A DNA stretch of 63,102 bases, counting the filler, from Reticulomyxa filosa (lineage: Eukaryota > Protista > Foraminifera), in the NCBI GenBank assembly GCA_000512085.1. It is 21 parts of 21 records of this genome, joined end to end, with 100 filler letters (N's around TTAATTAATTAA, not from the genome) between each part and the next. Parts side by side here need not be neighbours in the genome. Positions count along the whole stretch, not along the records: positions 1 to 1,060 come from ASPP01035681.1; positions 1,161 to 5,387 come from ASPP01043742.1; positions 5,488 to 6,502 come from ASPP01041635.1; positions 6,603 to 7,724 come from ASPP01022288.1; positions 7,825 to 9,945 come from ASPP01043520.1; positions 10,046 to 11,212 come from ASPP01001865.1; positions 11,313 to 12,958 come from ASPP01022606.1; 14 more parts are not named here. One strand, 5' to 3'. Numbering within the stretch: the first letter of the stretch is position 1; every line of letters starts with the position of its first letter. Shown piece after piece: positions 1 through 11,343 of the stretch. Both the position numbers and the translations under genes were made by a program. Under the pieces are notes generated by a model, which saw only the letters and a program-made list of their open reading frames with translations, ran no database searches and was not told the origin of the DNA.

Positions 1-1060
1 ATTTGCTAGAATTTTAAGTATTTTCATGCAACCTTTTCCATAAACACGAAATAACATTTAAAAAAACTCTTGTCGACTCCAAAAAAGTTTTTACAAGTAA
101 ATAAAAAATTTTGTGTTGAAAACGCTTGATTTTAAATTGATGTGATATTAAGCACAATTTTTTTGAAATTTTGTGTTTCCTTTCGACTTAGTCAAAGTGT
201 GAATTACAGATACGAAAGTAATTTATGATTAATCTTACTATTAAATATTAAGAAGACAAAAGTATCATTCAATTGATGAAATTTAAAAAACATTGTGAAA
301 ATGTAATTTAGAAAGAATTTAATTTCATTATTATTACTTTGCATCAAAAGAAATATTTTATGTTCAATTCATTTATTTGAATAGCCTTTAGATCAATTTT
401 TGTTTTCGTTGAAAAAATGACTTTACTTTGTAAATTTTTACTTCATAAATTACGATTTACAATTATTTTTTTCTTATCATCTGTAAAATGAATCTATTGA
501 TTGAGTCACTTAATTTCTTGATATTGTCCACCATTTGCAACACAAAGTAATTTCATTAATGCTCTTGTTGTTGTATATATCAGTTTCATTATGTGATTCC
601 AGTTTAGTTATTCTTTAGTGGAAAATTCTTTACAAAAAGCGTTTCTGATACGGTATATAATTTTTTTAACTAAAAAAAAACACAAATTTTGGAACGATAT
701 GATAACTTGAATATTTGACTAGCAACGCATATGTATGAGAATTTTATGTGCAATTAGATTTACGCACATTGTTGAAATTTTTAATGTCTGCAAAAGATAA
801 AAAATAATAATAAAAATCCTATTGTTTATATTTCTTCATTCCATTTCTAAATAAGACATCAGTAAATCACTTCATACATCATTGCTAGCTGATTGCAAGA
901 CTTCAGAAGCATTAAAAATTATATTATTAAACATTACAGAAATCAACAAGCGGTTGGAGTTAAGTTGATGTTTCTTGAAAATCTCCACTAAATGTGATTG
1001 CGGAGTATCTTTTACATCTGTAAAATGAGTAAAAACACTGATGGAACCATTAAAAGAAAA

Positions 1061-1160
1061 NNNNNNNNNNNNNNNNNNNNNNNNNNNNNNNNNNNNNNNN
1101 NNNNTTAATTAATTAANNNNNNNNNNNNNNNNNNNNNNNNNNNNNNNNNNNNNNNNNNNN
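1061..1160. other. Artificial contig-joining spacer N44-TTAATTAATTAA-N44 (first of 20)
   Basis: Identical 100-nt blocks at 1061, 5388, 6503, 7725, 9946, 11213, 12959, 14881, 21571, 26218, 28114, 29946, 36434, 38315, 42804, 47002, 50727, 54936, 56148 and 61443. The palindromic 12-mer puts stops in all six frames. Flanking sequences are unrelated. Confidence 0.98.
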
Positions 1161-1399
1161 TCCAAGGAGATTGAAACAGGAAAAGTAAAGACAGTGGCGA
1201 TACTTTCGGATTTGCACGAATGCGTTCAAAATGTGCGGTTTGCTAAAAAATATCTCCAGCAAAACAAGAAAACTGATGGAAAATCGTACTCGCCTTTTGT
1301 CATTTGCTTGCTGACACGATCTTCCAAAGGACGGAGAGCTTCTTTGGTTGCTTCGAAGAGATTTTGTTCGATGTGATATTCAATATCTTCACTTGCCAT
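1161..1399 (-). CDS. 5' exon of hypothetical protein (partial)
   Basis: ATG at 1399 gives MASEDIEYHIEQNLFEATKEALRPLEDRVSKQMTKGE, followed by a probable GTACG donor; no family recognised. Confidence 0.3.
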
Positions 1400-1895
1400 T
1401 GCTACAATAAAGAAAAGGAAAAAGGGAAATGGATAAAGAGTATTTTGTGGTGAAAATTTCAAGTTTTAGTTGTTTCTTTCTGTTCAAAACGAAATATTTC
1501 AAGTTTTTAAGATATGCATAACATTTGTGCTACAAACTCCAAAAGGTATATTTGGTTTTACTGAGTTTTTCATTGTACAAGAAATTGGATAATGACTTAA
1601 TTTTTCTTGGTGCTTTATTTATTTTTAAAAAGATCTAATTTAGTTTTAGCCGATATTTGTGTTTTTTTTGTAATGTTTTAATAGTTGAAATAGTCCAAGT
1701 CTTAAGGAGCATTTTTTCTTGGATCACAATTCAAATCAATAGAGGACTAATGTCGGTCAAATGGTGGTCAAGATACGGATTTTCGCACGTGATAAAATAA
1801 TTCAATTTACAAAAAAATGAAAAAAAGAAAACAAACGCTTTGGGGCATTGAAGACCCGTCTTTTTATTGTTCGTTTATGGCCTTTTTTTTAATTT

Positions 1896-2381
1896 TTAGA
1901 AACCTTGGAATCCTTTGCGTCCTTCCCCACTTCTTGATTTGTCAACACGAATAACACAAAATCGAATGGTTTTGGACAAAGGTCTGCATTGTCCCAGTGT
2001 GACAGTGTCTCCAGCTTTGACTCGAAAACAAGGTGGGAGATGGGCAGGAACGTTAGTGTGTCTTTTTTCGTATCGGTTATATTTTCTGACATAATGTAAA
2101 TATTCTCTTCGTACGATGATGGCTCTGGTCATTTTTGCAGTTTTTACACGACCTTGGAAAATACGTCCACGGATACTAACCAATCCAGTAAATGGACATT
2201 TTCTATCAATGTAATCTCCTTCAATTGCTTCTTTTGGGGTTTGAAAGCCCAGACCAATGTTTTTCCACCAGCGTCTTTTTGGAAAGCGTCGGCGTTTAGC
2301 GCTGCCACGCAAATCTTTGTAACCTATGAACACATTGTGCTGCTTTTGAAAGGCATGCTGAGTTTGAATACGATCAGTCAT
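1896..2381 (-). CDS. RPS11: 40S ribosomal protein S11 (uS17), intronless
   Basis: [10 protein letters not shown]...[35 protein letters not shown]...YNRYEKRH...[12 protein letters not shown]; ATG at 2381, TAA at 1896. Confidence 0.97.
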   Translation of the reverse strand: MTDRIQTQHAFQKQHNVFIGYKDLRGSAKRRRFPKRRWWKNIGLGFQTPKEAIEGDYIDRKCPFTGLVSIRGRIFQGRVKTAKMTRAIIVRREYLHYVRKYNRYEKRHTNVPAHLPPCFRVKAGDTVTLGQCRPLSKTIRFCVIRVDKSRSGEGRKGFQGF

Positions 2382-2833
2382 CACCACAAGTTGGTCGGAT
2401 TGTACTAATTAATTAATCGAATAGAAATAGTTGCACACAAAGAAAGCAGATCAAGGGGCTACGGGACAAACTGCATGTTATCAATCTCTTCTTCAATACA
2501 AAGTTCTTTATTTTGCTTCCAAATTTGCCTGTCAAGTTAAAAAATTCAAATCCAAAGTGAAACTTATTCCTTGAACACTCAGCCTATTTCACGAATGAGA
2601 AGAAATACATTAAAAAGTACTATCAAGACGAAGAAATAAAAACATTGATCTTTAAATACATGATATCAATCCGTAAACCTATTAAACCTACACTTTTGTA
2701 ACCTAATGCAAACGCCTCACATATCAAAATATTTGTAAAAATTAACTGTGGTCAATTTGCTTGTTCATGCAAAAAAAAAATTGGGGGCAGCATAAAACAT
2801 TGACCAATAGATAAATATTCCTTTGATCTAAAA

Positions 2834-3614
2834 ATGCCTAATTGGGTTAGTGTGCATCCTTTTTTTGAAAAAATATTGTTAATGAGCGCAAGTAACAGTA
2901 CAACTAAAAACTACCAAAAAGAATAGAATACAAGAAATCCAACGAATCAATGAACGAGAGTTGGAAATGAACGTATCGACTGAAGCGTCATGGCACAACA
3001 AATATTTACAATCAGCGTACATCTATATTGGAAGTTTAGACCACGAGTTAAATGAAGGAGACATCATTCAAGTGTTTTCACAATTTGGCGAAGTTGTCGA
3101 TTGTTATCTCGTGCGTGACAAAGAAACAGGCAATTCGCGGGGCTACGCATTTCTTGCATATGAGGATCAACGGAGTACAGTACTTGCAGTGGACAACATG
3201 AACGGTGCACAGGTCGAGCATTGTCCGATTAAAGCAAAAAAATAAAAACAATAAAATAATTGAGACTGTTTTGAATATCATTTTTTTGTGAAATAGTTGT
3301 TAGATCGTCACTTGCATGTCGATCATGTATCGCGTTATCGCAAACCTTTATCTCATACGGGCAAAGATAAAAAGCCCAAAAAAACGGACAACATGGAGTG
3401 GGAGGCCTCCGAAGACGACGAGTCGTATGAAAAAAGACGTCGGCAAATATGGAACTACGAATTGTATGAGCAACATAACGAAGAAAAGGAAAAAGAATAT
3501 AATAAAAAAGAAAAAGAAAAAGAAGTTGAGAATACACATTCCAAAATCAAAATGGAAATGGAACAAAAATTGACGGAAAGAAAAATGAAAAGGCAAAACG
3601 ACAGAGCCAAATGA
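2834..3614 (+). CDS. RBMX2: RRM protein RBMX2/Ist3/Snu17 (RES splicing complex), 3 exons
   Basis: SWHNKYLQSAYIYIGSL..LNEGDIIQVFSQFGE...GYAFLAYEDQRSTVLAVDNMNG..LLDRHLHVDHV. Introns 2846-2921 (GT..AAG; first exon tentative) and 3213-3296 (GT..TAG). Confidence 0.93.
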
Positions 3615-5579
3615 TTTTCAGACAAACAAATCGGAGGTTAAAAATTGTTATCTTTGAGGCCAATTGTTATCATTAAATTTAAGAAAAAGTTCAGCACATT
3701 CAATTTGACAACTTTTTTCATTGATAGTCCAAAATTTTATTTGACAAAAGTCAAATTTCGCTGTTACTTTCTTTGGACAGAAAGAAGCAAATAACACATG
3801 ACACAAGATAAATATTTATTATTGTTAGTGAAGTGGAATCTTTTTTCAGAATAGCTTTGCACGTTCGTACACCCTTACTTTTTGCGTTTGGCTTTAAATC
3901 TGAGAGGACTTGTATTGAGATTATTCAAGGAAGTAACTAGAAAAGAATAAATTAGAATGGGAACAAAAAGTTGCGATAATGGTACAATACAGTAGTTGAA
4001 AAAAAAAGGCAATTTAAAGACTACTTTGTGAATATTTTTAAGAAATAAAATTTTCAAAGAAAAAAGATAATGTTTAAGGGAGATCAGGATTAAATATTTG
4101 TTTTTCCTCGAATTTTCTTTATTTTCTTTATTGTTTCTTGCTTAATTTATTTTATTTACTAAACAAATTAACTTATTTTCGAAACAGAATTCCTTTTGTA
4201 TTACACTTCAGTCGAGCTACATCTCTTACAAATTTAAACATTTAAATCAATCAGAACATTTCAAACTCTGAAGAATGAAAAAGATTTATAAATCTTTTTT
4301 GTAGTTTAGCAGGACATTTATCGACTTGGACTATTGTCTAAAGGTATTGTGAAAAAAAAGGAAATTTTGAAAAGAGAAAACAAATCGTCATAAAGTACGA
4401 TTTTATATTTCAATACTTTAGCTACATAAGTTATTTGTTAAACACAAGTAGTAAAAGGATTATAGTGCTGGTTTTTAACAGTGGAGTGGAAAAAACTGTG
4501 TATATTCTTTTTTATGAACATTCAATATTGTAGGATGATCTAACCAGAAAGTAAATTGTATTCTCGGAATAGGAGAAGATAGTCAAATTAAATTAAAAGA
4601 GGAAGGAAAGATTGGAGTCATTATGCCCCCATTTTAGTGAAGAGTATCATTACGCTATCTACATGAACACAGTCAAAGAAAAGTAAAACAGCGCCATGCA
4701 ATAATGTAAATAACTTTAAAAAATGAATTTCAATTTTTACTAAGGTGAATTGTGTAGCAATTATCAGTTCAAACATAAACTTGCGAGTATCAGCGTCAAG
4801 ATATAAGGAATATCAAAAAATTTCTTTTTGTAGTTGATTGTTTATTGTTGAGACACTTCATGAGGTTAAAACCATTATCTGAATGACATTTGGAAAGGTG
4901 AAACTTAGAGGAGCAAACCAAATTTCTTCTGAAAGTTCCCTATTGGTGAATATCTGGCTTTCGCATTCAACCCTTTCTTTTTTTCATTTGTTCAAATTTC
5001 ACCAATTTGTGTTTTCAGTTGCAATCCGAAATCTCGGGACCTAATAATCAACCAAGGAAGACAGTGTCGGTTTATGGTTTTTGGCAAAAAGCGATAACTA
5101 AGAAACTGAAAAATGACAAGTAACGATAATGCAGAAAAGACACAAACGTCTATGGAACAGTTGCAAAATCGCTGCAAACGCATCGTCAATTGCTTTCGCA
5201 ATGGTATGTACTTGATTGAAAACTCAATTTTTTTTGCTTGAAAAAACGTTGAAACGCAAGTAATTAAAAAAACAAAACAAAAACAACTTGTTGCATTAGA
5301 AATGCGTTTGAATTTTAAAAAGTATACGTATCCCTCAGCGGGCTTTTTTTTTTGAAAATTGTTGGTACAACTATAGAACAAGAAGATNNNNNNNNNNNNN
5401 NNNNNNNNNNNNNNNNNNNNNNNNNNNNNNNTTAATTAATTAANNNNNNNNNNNNNNNNNNNNNNNNNNNNNNNNNNNNNNNNNNNNTTTTTTTTAATAA
5501 ACCCTTAGCTCTTGAGTCATCATTCATTACAGTAATACAATACTAAACATCATACAACCCAACCAAGTGGCGCTTTGGC

Positions 5580-5691
5580 AAAAAAAGCAAGTAAGACAAA
5601 ATCAAAAATAAAAGTTTACTTCGGGCGGCACCCAAGGGCACCGCCTGATTTAAATTTTTTTTTTTTCGATTTTCCCTTACTTGCTTTTTTT
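5580..5691. repeat. Imperfect inverted repeat / fold-back with arms of about 50 bp and a GC-rich core
   Basis: AAAAAAAGCAAGTAAG (5580-5595) is the exact reverse complement of CTTACTTGCTTTTTTT (5676-5691). Pairing continues inward to GGCGG..CCC-AA-GGG..CCGCC (5624-5645). Confidence 0.85.
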
Positions 5692-6602
5692 TTAAATTTT
5701 AGTGATGCAGCATTGGTTTTTTTTAAAATAGGATTTTAGACAAGCAGATGGCGTAACATTGCTGTTTTTGTTATCTAACTTTTTAACAGAACAACAGCAT
5801 TTTGTTTCATCATGTCTTGCATATTTTCTGACTTTTTAAGATAATGAATTTTATCCAATTTTAATAAATTGGGCTGTATTTAAATCAAACCCATTAATTT
5901 TATTTTTGAATAGCAACTTTTTTCATCAATTGTTGCATACACTTATTGGTACTTTCTTGAATGATTGTATATCTGTGAAAGAATTAATTACAATGGCTTG
6001 ATTTATCCATTTTTATTACCACTTTAAACGCTTACATGTATGTCTCCAATTTATGTTTAACATATCTACTAAAAGGCAACAAAGTGCGTTCATTACAGCG
6101 TTTGTTGTTCTATCAAACTTTGAAAGCGAGTTAAAGTACTATATCGGCCTTGTTTAACTTGTCTTTCAAATTGAATTTTTTAATTGTTTTTTATTGCTTG
6201 GAAAAATTGATTAATAATTACTTAGTTTTGTAAAATGTAACAACTTGTTCAGGAAATTTATATTTTTTGAAAGTACTCAACAAAAACATGTTTAACAAAA
6301 TGATTTACAAAGTTATTTATTGTTGTCTATTTATCTTTTGTCTTTTTCAACAAATGGTATGCCATTATGGACAGTATATAAGGCTGCAAATTCAATAGAA
6401 GTGCGTACTAGAACTCCTTTTTCTTTAAGAAAAATAGAAAATAAATTGATATCATGATTACAGCAGCGTCTTTCTATAAATTCTTTTTATATATATATAT
6501 ATNNNNNNNNNNNNNNNNNNNNNNNNNNNNNNNNNNNNNNNNNNNNTTAATTAATTAANNNNNNNNNNNNNNNNNNNNNNNNNNNNNNNNNNNNNNNNNN
6601 NN

Positions 6603-6632
6603 GGGGTGGTGGGAAGGGGGTGGGAAGGGGGG
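6603..6632 (+). repeat. G-rich tract with G-quadruplex potential
   Basis: GGGGTGGTGGGAAGGGGGTGGGAAGGGGGG at the contig start; five runs of 3 or more G. Confidence 0.5.
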
Positions 6633-6920
6633 TGTTCCTGTGGCTCTCATTCGTACATATTTTTTATCTTTGTATTGCTGTTCCAGTTATGCATTATAAA
6701 TACGTACAATTATATCAAGTCTCAAAGCCCTTTCAGTGATTTCAATGAGTGGACAAAGCGCGGACCGAAAAGACATGGAAATTAGATTATTCAAATTCAA
6801 AGACTAGAAATTAAATTGCTTTATCTCCACTCCAAAAATTTGTTGAATAAATATGTCCGCAAATCACTTATTGATCCAACTTCTTCACTTGCATTGAATA
6901 TAATGTAGGATTGGCCTGTC

Positions 6921-6960
6921 ATATTATAAAAATGGACAAGATATTATAAAAATGGACAAG
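6921..6960. repeat. Perfect 20-bp tandem duplication
   Basis: ATATTATAAAAATGGACAAG twice. Confidence 0.95.
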
Positions 6961-7824
6961 TTGTACAATATATGAACTTCTACGTTCGTATAGATGTATT
7001 TTCAATCCGATTATGACTCCAAATTTGAAACATTTCTTGGACGTGTTGGAGTTCATCCTTTTTATCCATGTCCATCACTTTGGGTCACTATTGCTGTTAT
7101 TGCGCTCTTGTTCTTACGGGATGAGTATTTATATCGCGCAGAATTGGACCAGGTTTTGAAAGTAAACCGTCCTTGGCTCGTCAGGCTTTCAGCCATAAAG
7201 CATTTTTTATCGGTCAACAAACGCAAGACAACGTGTATAATCCATATTACAGTGATTTGAGTGGTCAAAAAAGTATATGAAATTAACGCTTTTAAAACTT
7301 AGTGCCGAATGCCTCCGTTTTGGCATCCTTTTTTAATAAGGCACGTATGCTGACAAGACCGAAAGTTTCGCATACTAAATTTTTTAAGTTATCATGCAGC
7401 AAACCTATTTCAATGCTTGAAGATTGTGTAAATGAAAATTTATGGACAGAGGCTTTTATGAAATGTCTTTTTGTTGATAGAGAAAAAAACAATAATAATA
7501 ACGATTTTAGTTGAAAGTGTGTTGTTCTTTCATTATTTATATCTTGCAGCATATTTCAATCAATTACTTCATTTATAAAAAATATCTTCATGCAAAGAAC
7601 AGCAGATAACAATTAAATTGTAACGCCACTTTTTCTTTGCAACAAAATTCATTTGATCTTCAACAAAATCCTTGTATTCACCAAATTTGTCCATTTTTAG
7701 TTTTTCAAAAAAAAAATAACATAANNNNNNNNNNNNNNNNNNNNNNNNNNNNNNNNNNNNNNNNNNNNTTAATTAATTAANNNNNNNNNNNNNNNNNNNN
7801 NNNNNNNNNNNNNNNNNNNNNNNN

Positions 7825-8296
7825 TCAAAGAGCATGAATTTTCTAAATGTTCTTTCATTTCTTCAATCTTTCCTTTAAATTTACAAACATGTTTAAATTC
7901 TGTGGCCATTTCACCTTCTTTTGTTTGCTCATTTGCTTTTTGATTGAAATAATTTATAAATTGTCGAGGACAAATTACTTTTAATTTACTAACAATATTT
8001 CTCACTGTTCGTCCTTTCATGCAGCTGCAGGGACCATGTTTCCCAATGGGACATTGATTATTATTCTCATTCAAATATTTTATCAGACATTGTTCACCAA
8101 CTATCAGTGCATCTTTGTAATCATCGTGCTCATCGCAAGTCAATTCCATTGCATTGTTTGCAATCTGCTTACATAACAGACATTGTAAACTTGCCAATTT
8201 GTTTTGTTTAGTTGAAGTTGCTACCCAATCTTTGTTGTAACAACCTTCAAGTGACAAGGTTGTCAAATTTTTTACTTTTTCTTCCACTTGCAACAT
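7825..8296 (-). CDS. RING-like / TRAF-type zinc finger protein (3' truncated by gap)
   Basis: CLLCKQIANNAMELTCDEH...GEQCL...CPIGKH, LKVICPR...CKFKGKIEEMKEHLENSC: degenerate RING followed by a TRAF zinc finger. Confidence 0.75.
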
Positions 8297-8893
8297 TAAC
8301 AGATTAGCTCTTTTTTTTTTTAACAAGTGGGAGAAAGAACTTTTGTTTTAATTTCAATTTTTCAAATAAGATTAAATTTTTCTAAAAATACAAATTATAA
8401 ATCATTTATACTTAAGAAGAGCGAGTAGATTTCATCAAGTTTTTTTAGCATTAATTCGTCCATCTATTTTTGGATTTACAATTAAAAAAAAAAGTGACTG
8501 TATTGTTAATTGTGAATTATTTGGAATTTTATTATTGCAAATAAGGTAGATTATTAATTGTTGTTTGCACTTTTGTGGATCATCGTAAATCGGTATTTTT
8601 CATCTGTAATAAAAAGTAAATTGATTACAAAGCAAATACAGCAATGCATCTATTTTTTATGGTTCATTTGTCAAACGATCAGAATGGTTCTTTTTTTTTC
8701 TAAAAAATTGTTTTAAACGGAGTTTGCGTGCATTGTTACATTGATTAATCATCCATTGACTATTTTGCTCCAAGAATGATTTTCCAAATAAGGAATGTTT
8801 GAGTATGCATGATAACAAAACCTCTACTTTCAATTGATATTATTGAAAATGATATATCTCACATAGTACTACATTTTCATATTTAATACATTT

Positions 8894-9945
8894 TCACTTC
8901 ACCCTCAAACAATCTTCACACGGGAGTACTGTTTCAAAAAACAACTGGACATCTTCTTCATTCAAATACCACACTGCTGGACTTTCTTTGTCTTGTTCCA
9001 ATCGTATTTTAATCTTCCATTTGTTTAATTCATCTTCAATACTCTTCTTTTTTGGAGATTCACAATCCTCTTTCCATCCACTTAATCTTGTCCTATTTGA
9101 GAATTGAGATTTTCCACATAATATTTTGATTGGACCATTTTTAAACTTTCTCTTCAGTTCTTGTCTTTGAAATGTCATCAAATAACGCAACATAAAACAT
9201 GTTGAAGTGGTTGAAAAGTAATTGAAGTTCAATAACATTTGATTTTTATTCAAAATGTCCAGTTGCCAATAACTTAGTGAATGGATATAATTGGGTTCAT
9301 AAAATAATATTGTTTCAACATCTTTCACTGCTTTCATCCATGATTTTTTGTTCAATAGCACATATGATCGTATCAACCTATCGATGTCTCTCAATAAAAT
9401 AGAAGTAGACCTAACTTTGACATTAGGATACAACTCATTTTGAAAAATATCCAGATATTTCTGATGATAAAATGATAATTTTTCAATATCATTTTCATCT
9501 AGTGTTTCCATCATTTTCAAATATCCAACACTTGTCGGTGATACTATAAGTTTATCATGCAAGTTAATATTATTATTTAAAGCCAATTTTGGAATTTGAT
9601 TATCATGAAAATCAAACAATTCCTGCATTTTATTCGCTTTCAAAAATCCTGACATAATAGTTGCACATGTTATTTCATCAATTGAAATAAACTTCTCTGA
9701 TCGTTTTGAATAATTCAATATTTCCATCATCTTATTTATTTCTCCACATTTTGCATATACATTCAACATTGAATTGATTGAAATTATATCAATATCAATA
9801 TTAAAATCATGTATCATTTTATTCCAAATCAATTCAGCACTTTGAATATCACGTGCATTTGCACAAACTGATAATAATGAATTACAAGTAATCAAATCGG
9901 GTTTGATGTTAAATTTGTCAATCATCAAATGGAGATAATATAATG
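8894..9945 (-). CDS. Pentatricopeptide-repeat protein with C-terminal SMR-like domain (5' truncated)
   Basis: PPR repeats KPDLITCNSLLSVCANARDIQSAELIWNKM, IDIISINSMLNVYAKCGEINKMMEIL and IDEITCATIMSGFLKANK; C-terminal LLNFNYFS...IKILCGKSQFS resembles SMR motifs. Confidence 0.85.
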
Positions 9946-10045
9946 NNNNNNNNNNNNNNNNNNNNNNNNNNNNNNNNNNNNNNNNNNNNTTAATTAATTA
10001 ANNNNNNNNNNNNNNNNNNNNNNNNNNNNNNNNNNNNNNNNNNNN

Positions 10046-10629
10046 TTTCCGAATGGGTTATATGCCTATTGCATGGAAAAAGGCAAACATTGTGCCTATT
10101 CCCAAACCTGACAGAGATTATATCAGCGTAAGAATCATCGAGGTAAATTAATGGAAAGAGTAATCACAAGGAGATTAATGTGGCGGTTGAATGAAAAGCA
10201 GTTATTGCATCAAACACAAGCAGGATTCCAGTCTTGGCACAATACCAACGAGTTGTTATTGAAATTGACTGAGACAATCCACAAGTTATTCAATTGCAAT
10301 TCAGTCACTTATGCAGTGTTATTGGACATTTCTGCAGCATATGATAGTGTATGGAGAAATGGATTGAAATATAAAATGAGACATGAATTCCAACTGGATG
10401 GAAGATTATATTGGTGGATTGTTTCTTATCAGATCAACTTGGAAGAGTTGTATTGAATGGAACTAATTCAGAATGGATGCAATTCAATACATGAGTTCCT
10501 CAAGGATTTGTTTTATCCCCAATATTATTCCTATTATATATTAATGATTTACCAACAATCGTTCAACAGCCGATTCAATGTGGTATGTTCGCTGATGATG
10601 TAGCATTGTGGACATCAATGTTCACAAAG
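10046..10629 (+). mobile_element. Non-LTR retrotransposon reverse transcriptase relic
   Basis: WKKANIVPIPKP, QAGFQ, LLDISAAYDSVW, T*VPQGFVLSPILFLLYINDLP, MFADD; contains a stop and frameshifts. Confidence 0.92.
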
Positions 10630-11212
10630 TCACTGAATTGCAATCGAAAGACTTGTGGATCGTCTTAGCCAATCGCAATAACAATCTTCTGTATTATGCC
10701 ACGATTGGAATCCTGCTTGTTTTTGGTGCAATAATTTCTTTTCATTTAGCAAGTTTGTATTTCCTTCATGCAATGAATCAATGCTTTTTACCATGTGCTG
10801 ATGCTTTTCTAATAACAATTTTCGTCGCAATTGCTTGACAATTTTCTTATACATCATCAAATTCCTTGGTGTCCTTTATTTACGAAATCGGTTCTTTGAT
10901 TTCTGAACTCTCTTTCGTAATCGACATAAACTGTCACTCCACCAAGGTTTATTACCTTTCCAAATAGTTCGAATACCAATGGTTGCCTCTCCAGCATCAA
11001 CAACACATTTGGTCCAAGATTCAACTGCTTTGTCCAATGTCTCTGTGCTTTCCAATACATTAGGGTGTCAATGTTCCTCTTCAATCTCAATCTAAATTGT
11101 TCCCATTTGTTGCTTCTCAGATTCCAAGTCTCATCGTGGTGATAACTACGTGATTTTGATATTGAACGCGAGTGCACATCCAATTCAACATCATCCGTTC
11201 TCCAATTACTAA
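10630..11212 (-). mobile_element. Second, inverted and internally deleted fragment of the same non-LTR family
   Basis: Post-endonuclease linker motifs (WNLRSNKWEQFR, KPWW) jump directly to NEKKLLHQKQAGFQSWHNT, homologous to 10190-10310 on the + strand. Confidence 0.85.
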
Positions 11213-11343
11213 NNNNNNNNNNNNNNNNNNNNNNNNNNNNNNNNNNNNNNNNNNNNTTAATTAATTAANNNNNNNNNNNNNNNNNNNNNNNNNNNNNNNN
11301 NNNNNNNNNNNNTTTTTTTTTCCCCATTCTTCTAAAATAAAGT

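Noticed and set aside
1-1060. Possible degenerate coding remnant on the minus strand
   Set aside because: No motif I can assign with confidence.
1105-1116. Recurrent TTAATTAATTAA palindrome as a biological repeat, CRISPR repeat or chromosome-breakage signal
   Set aside because: Always centred in exactly 44+44 Ns; it is a six-frame-stop assembly linker.
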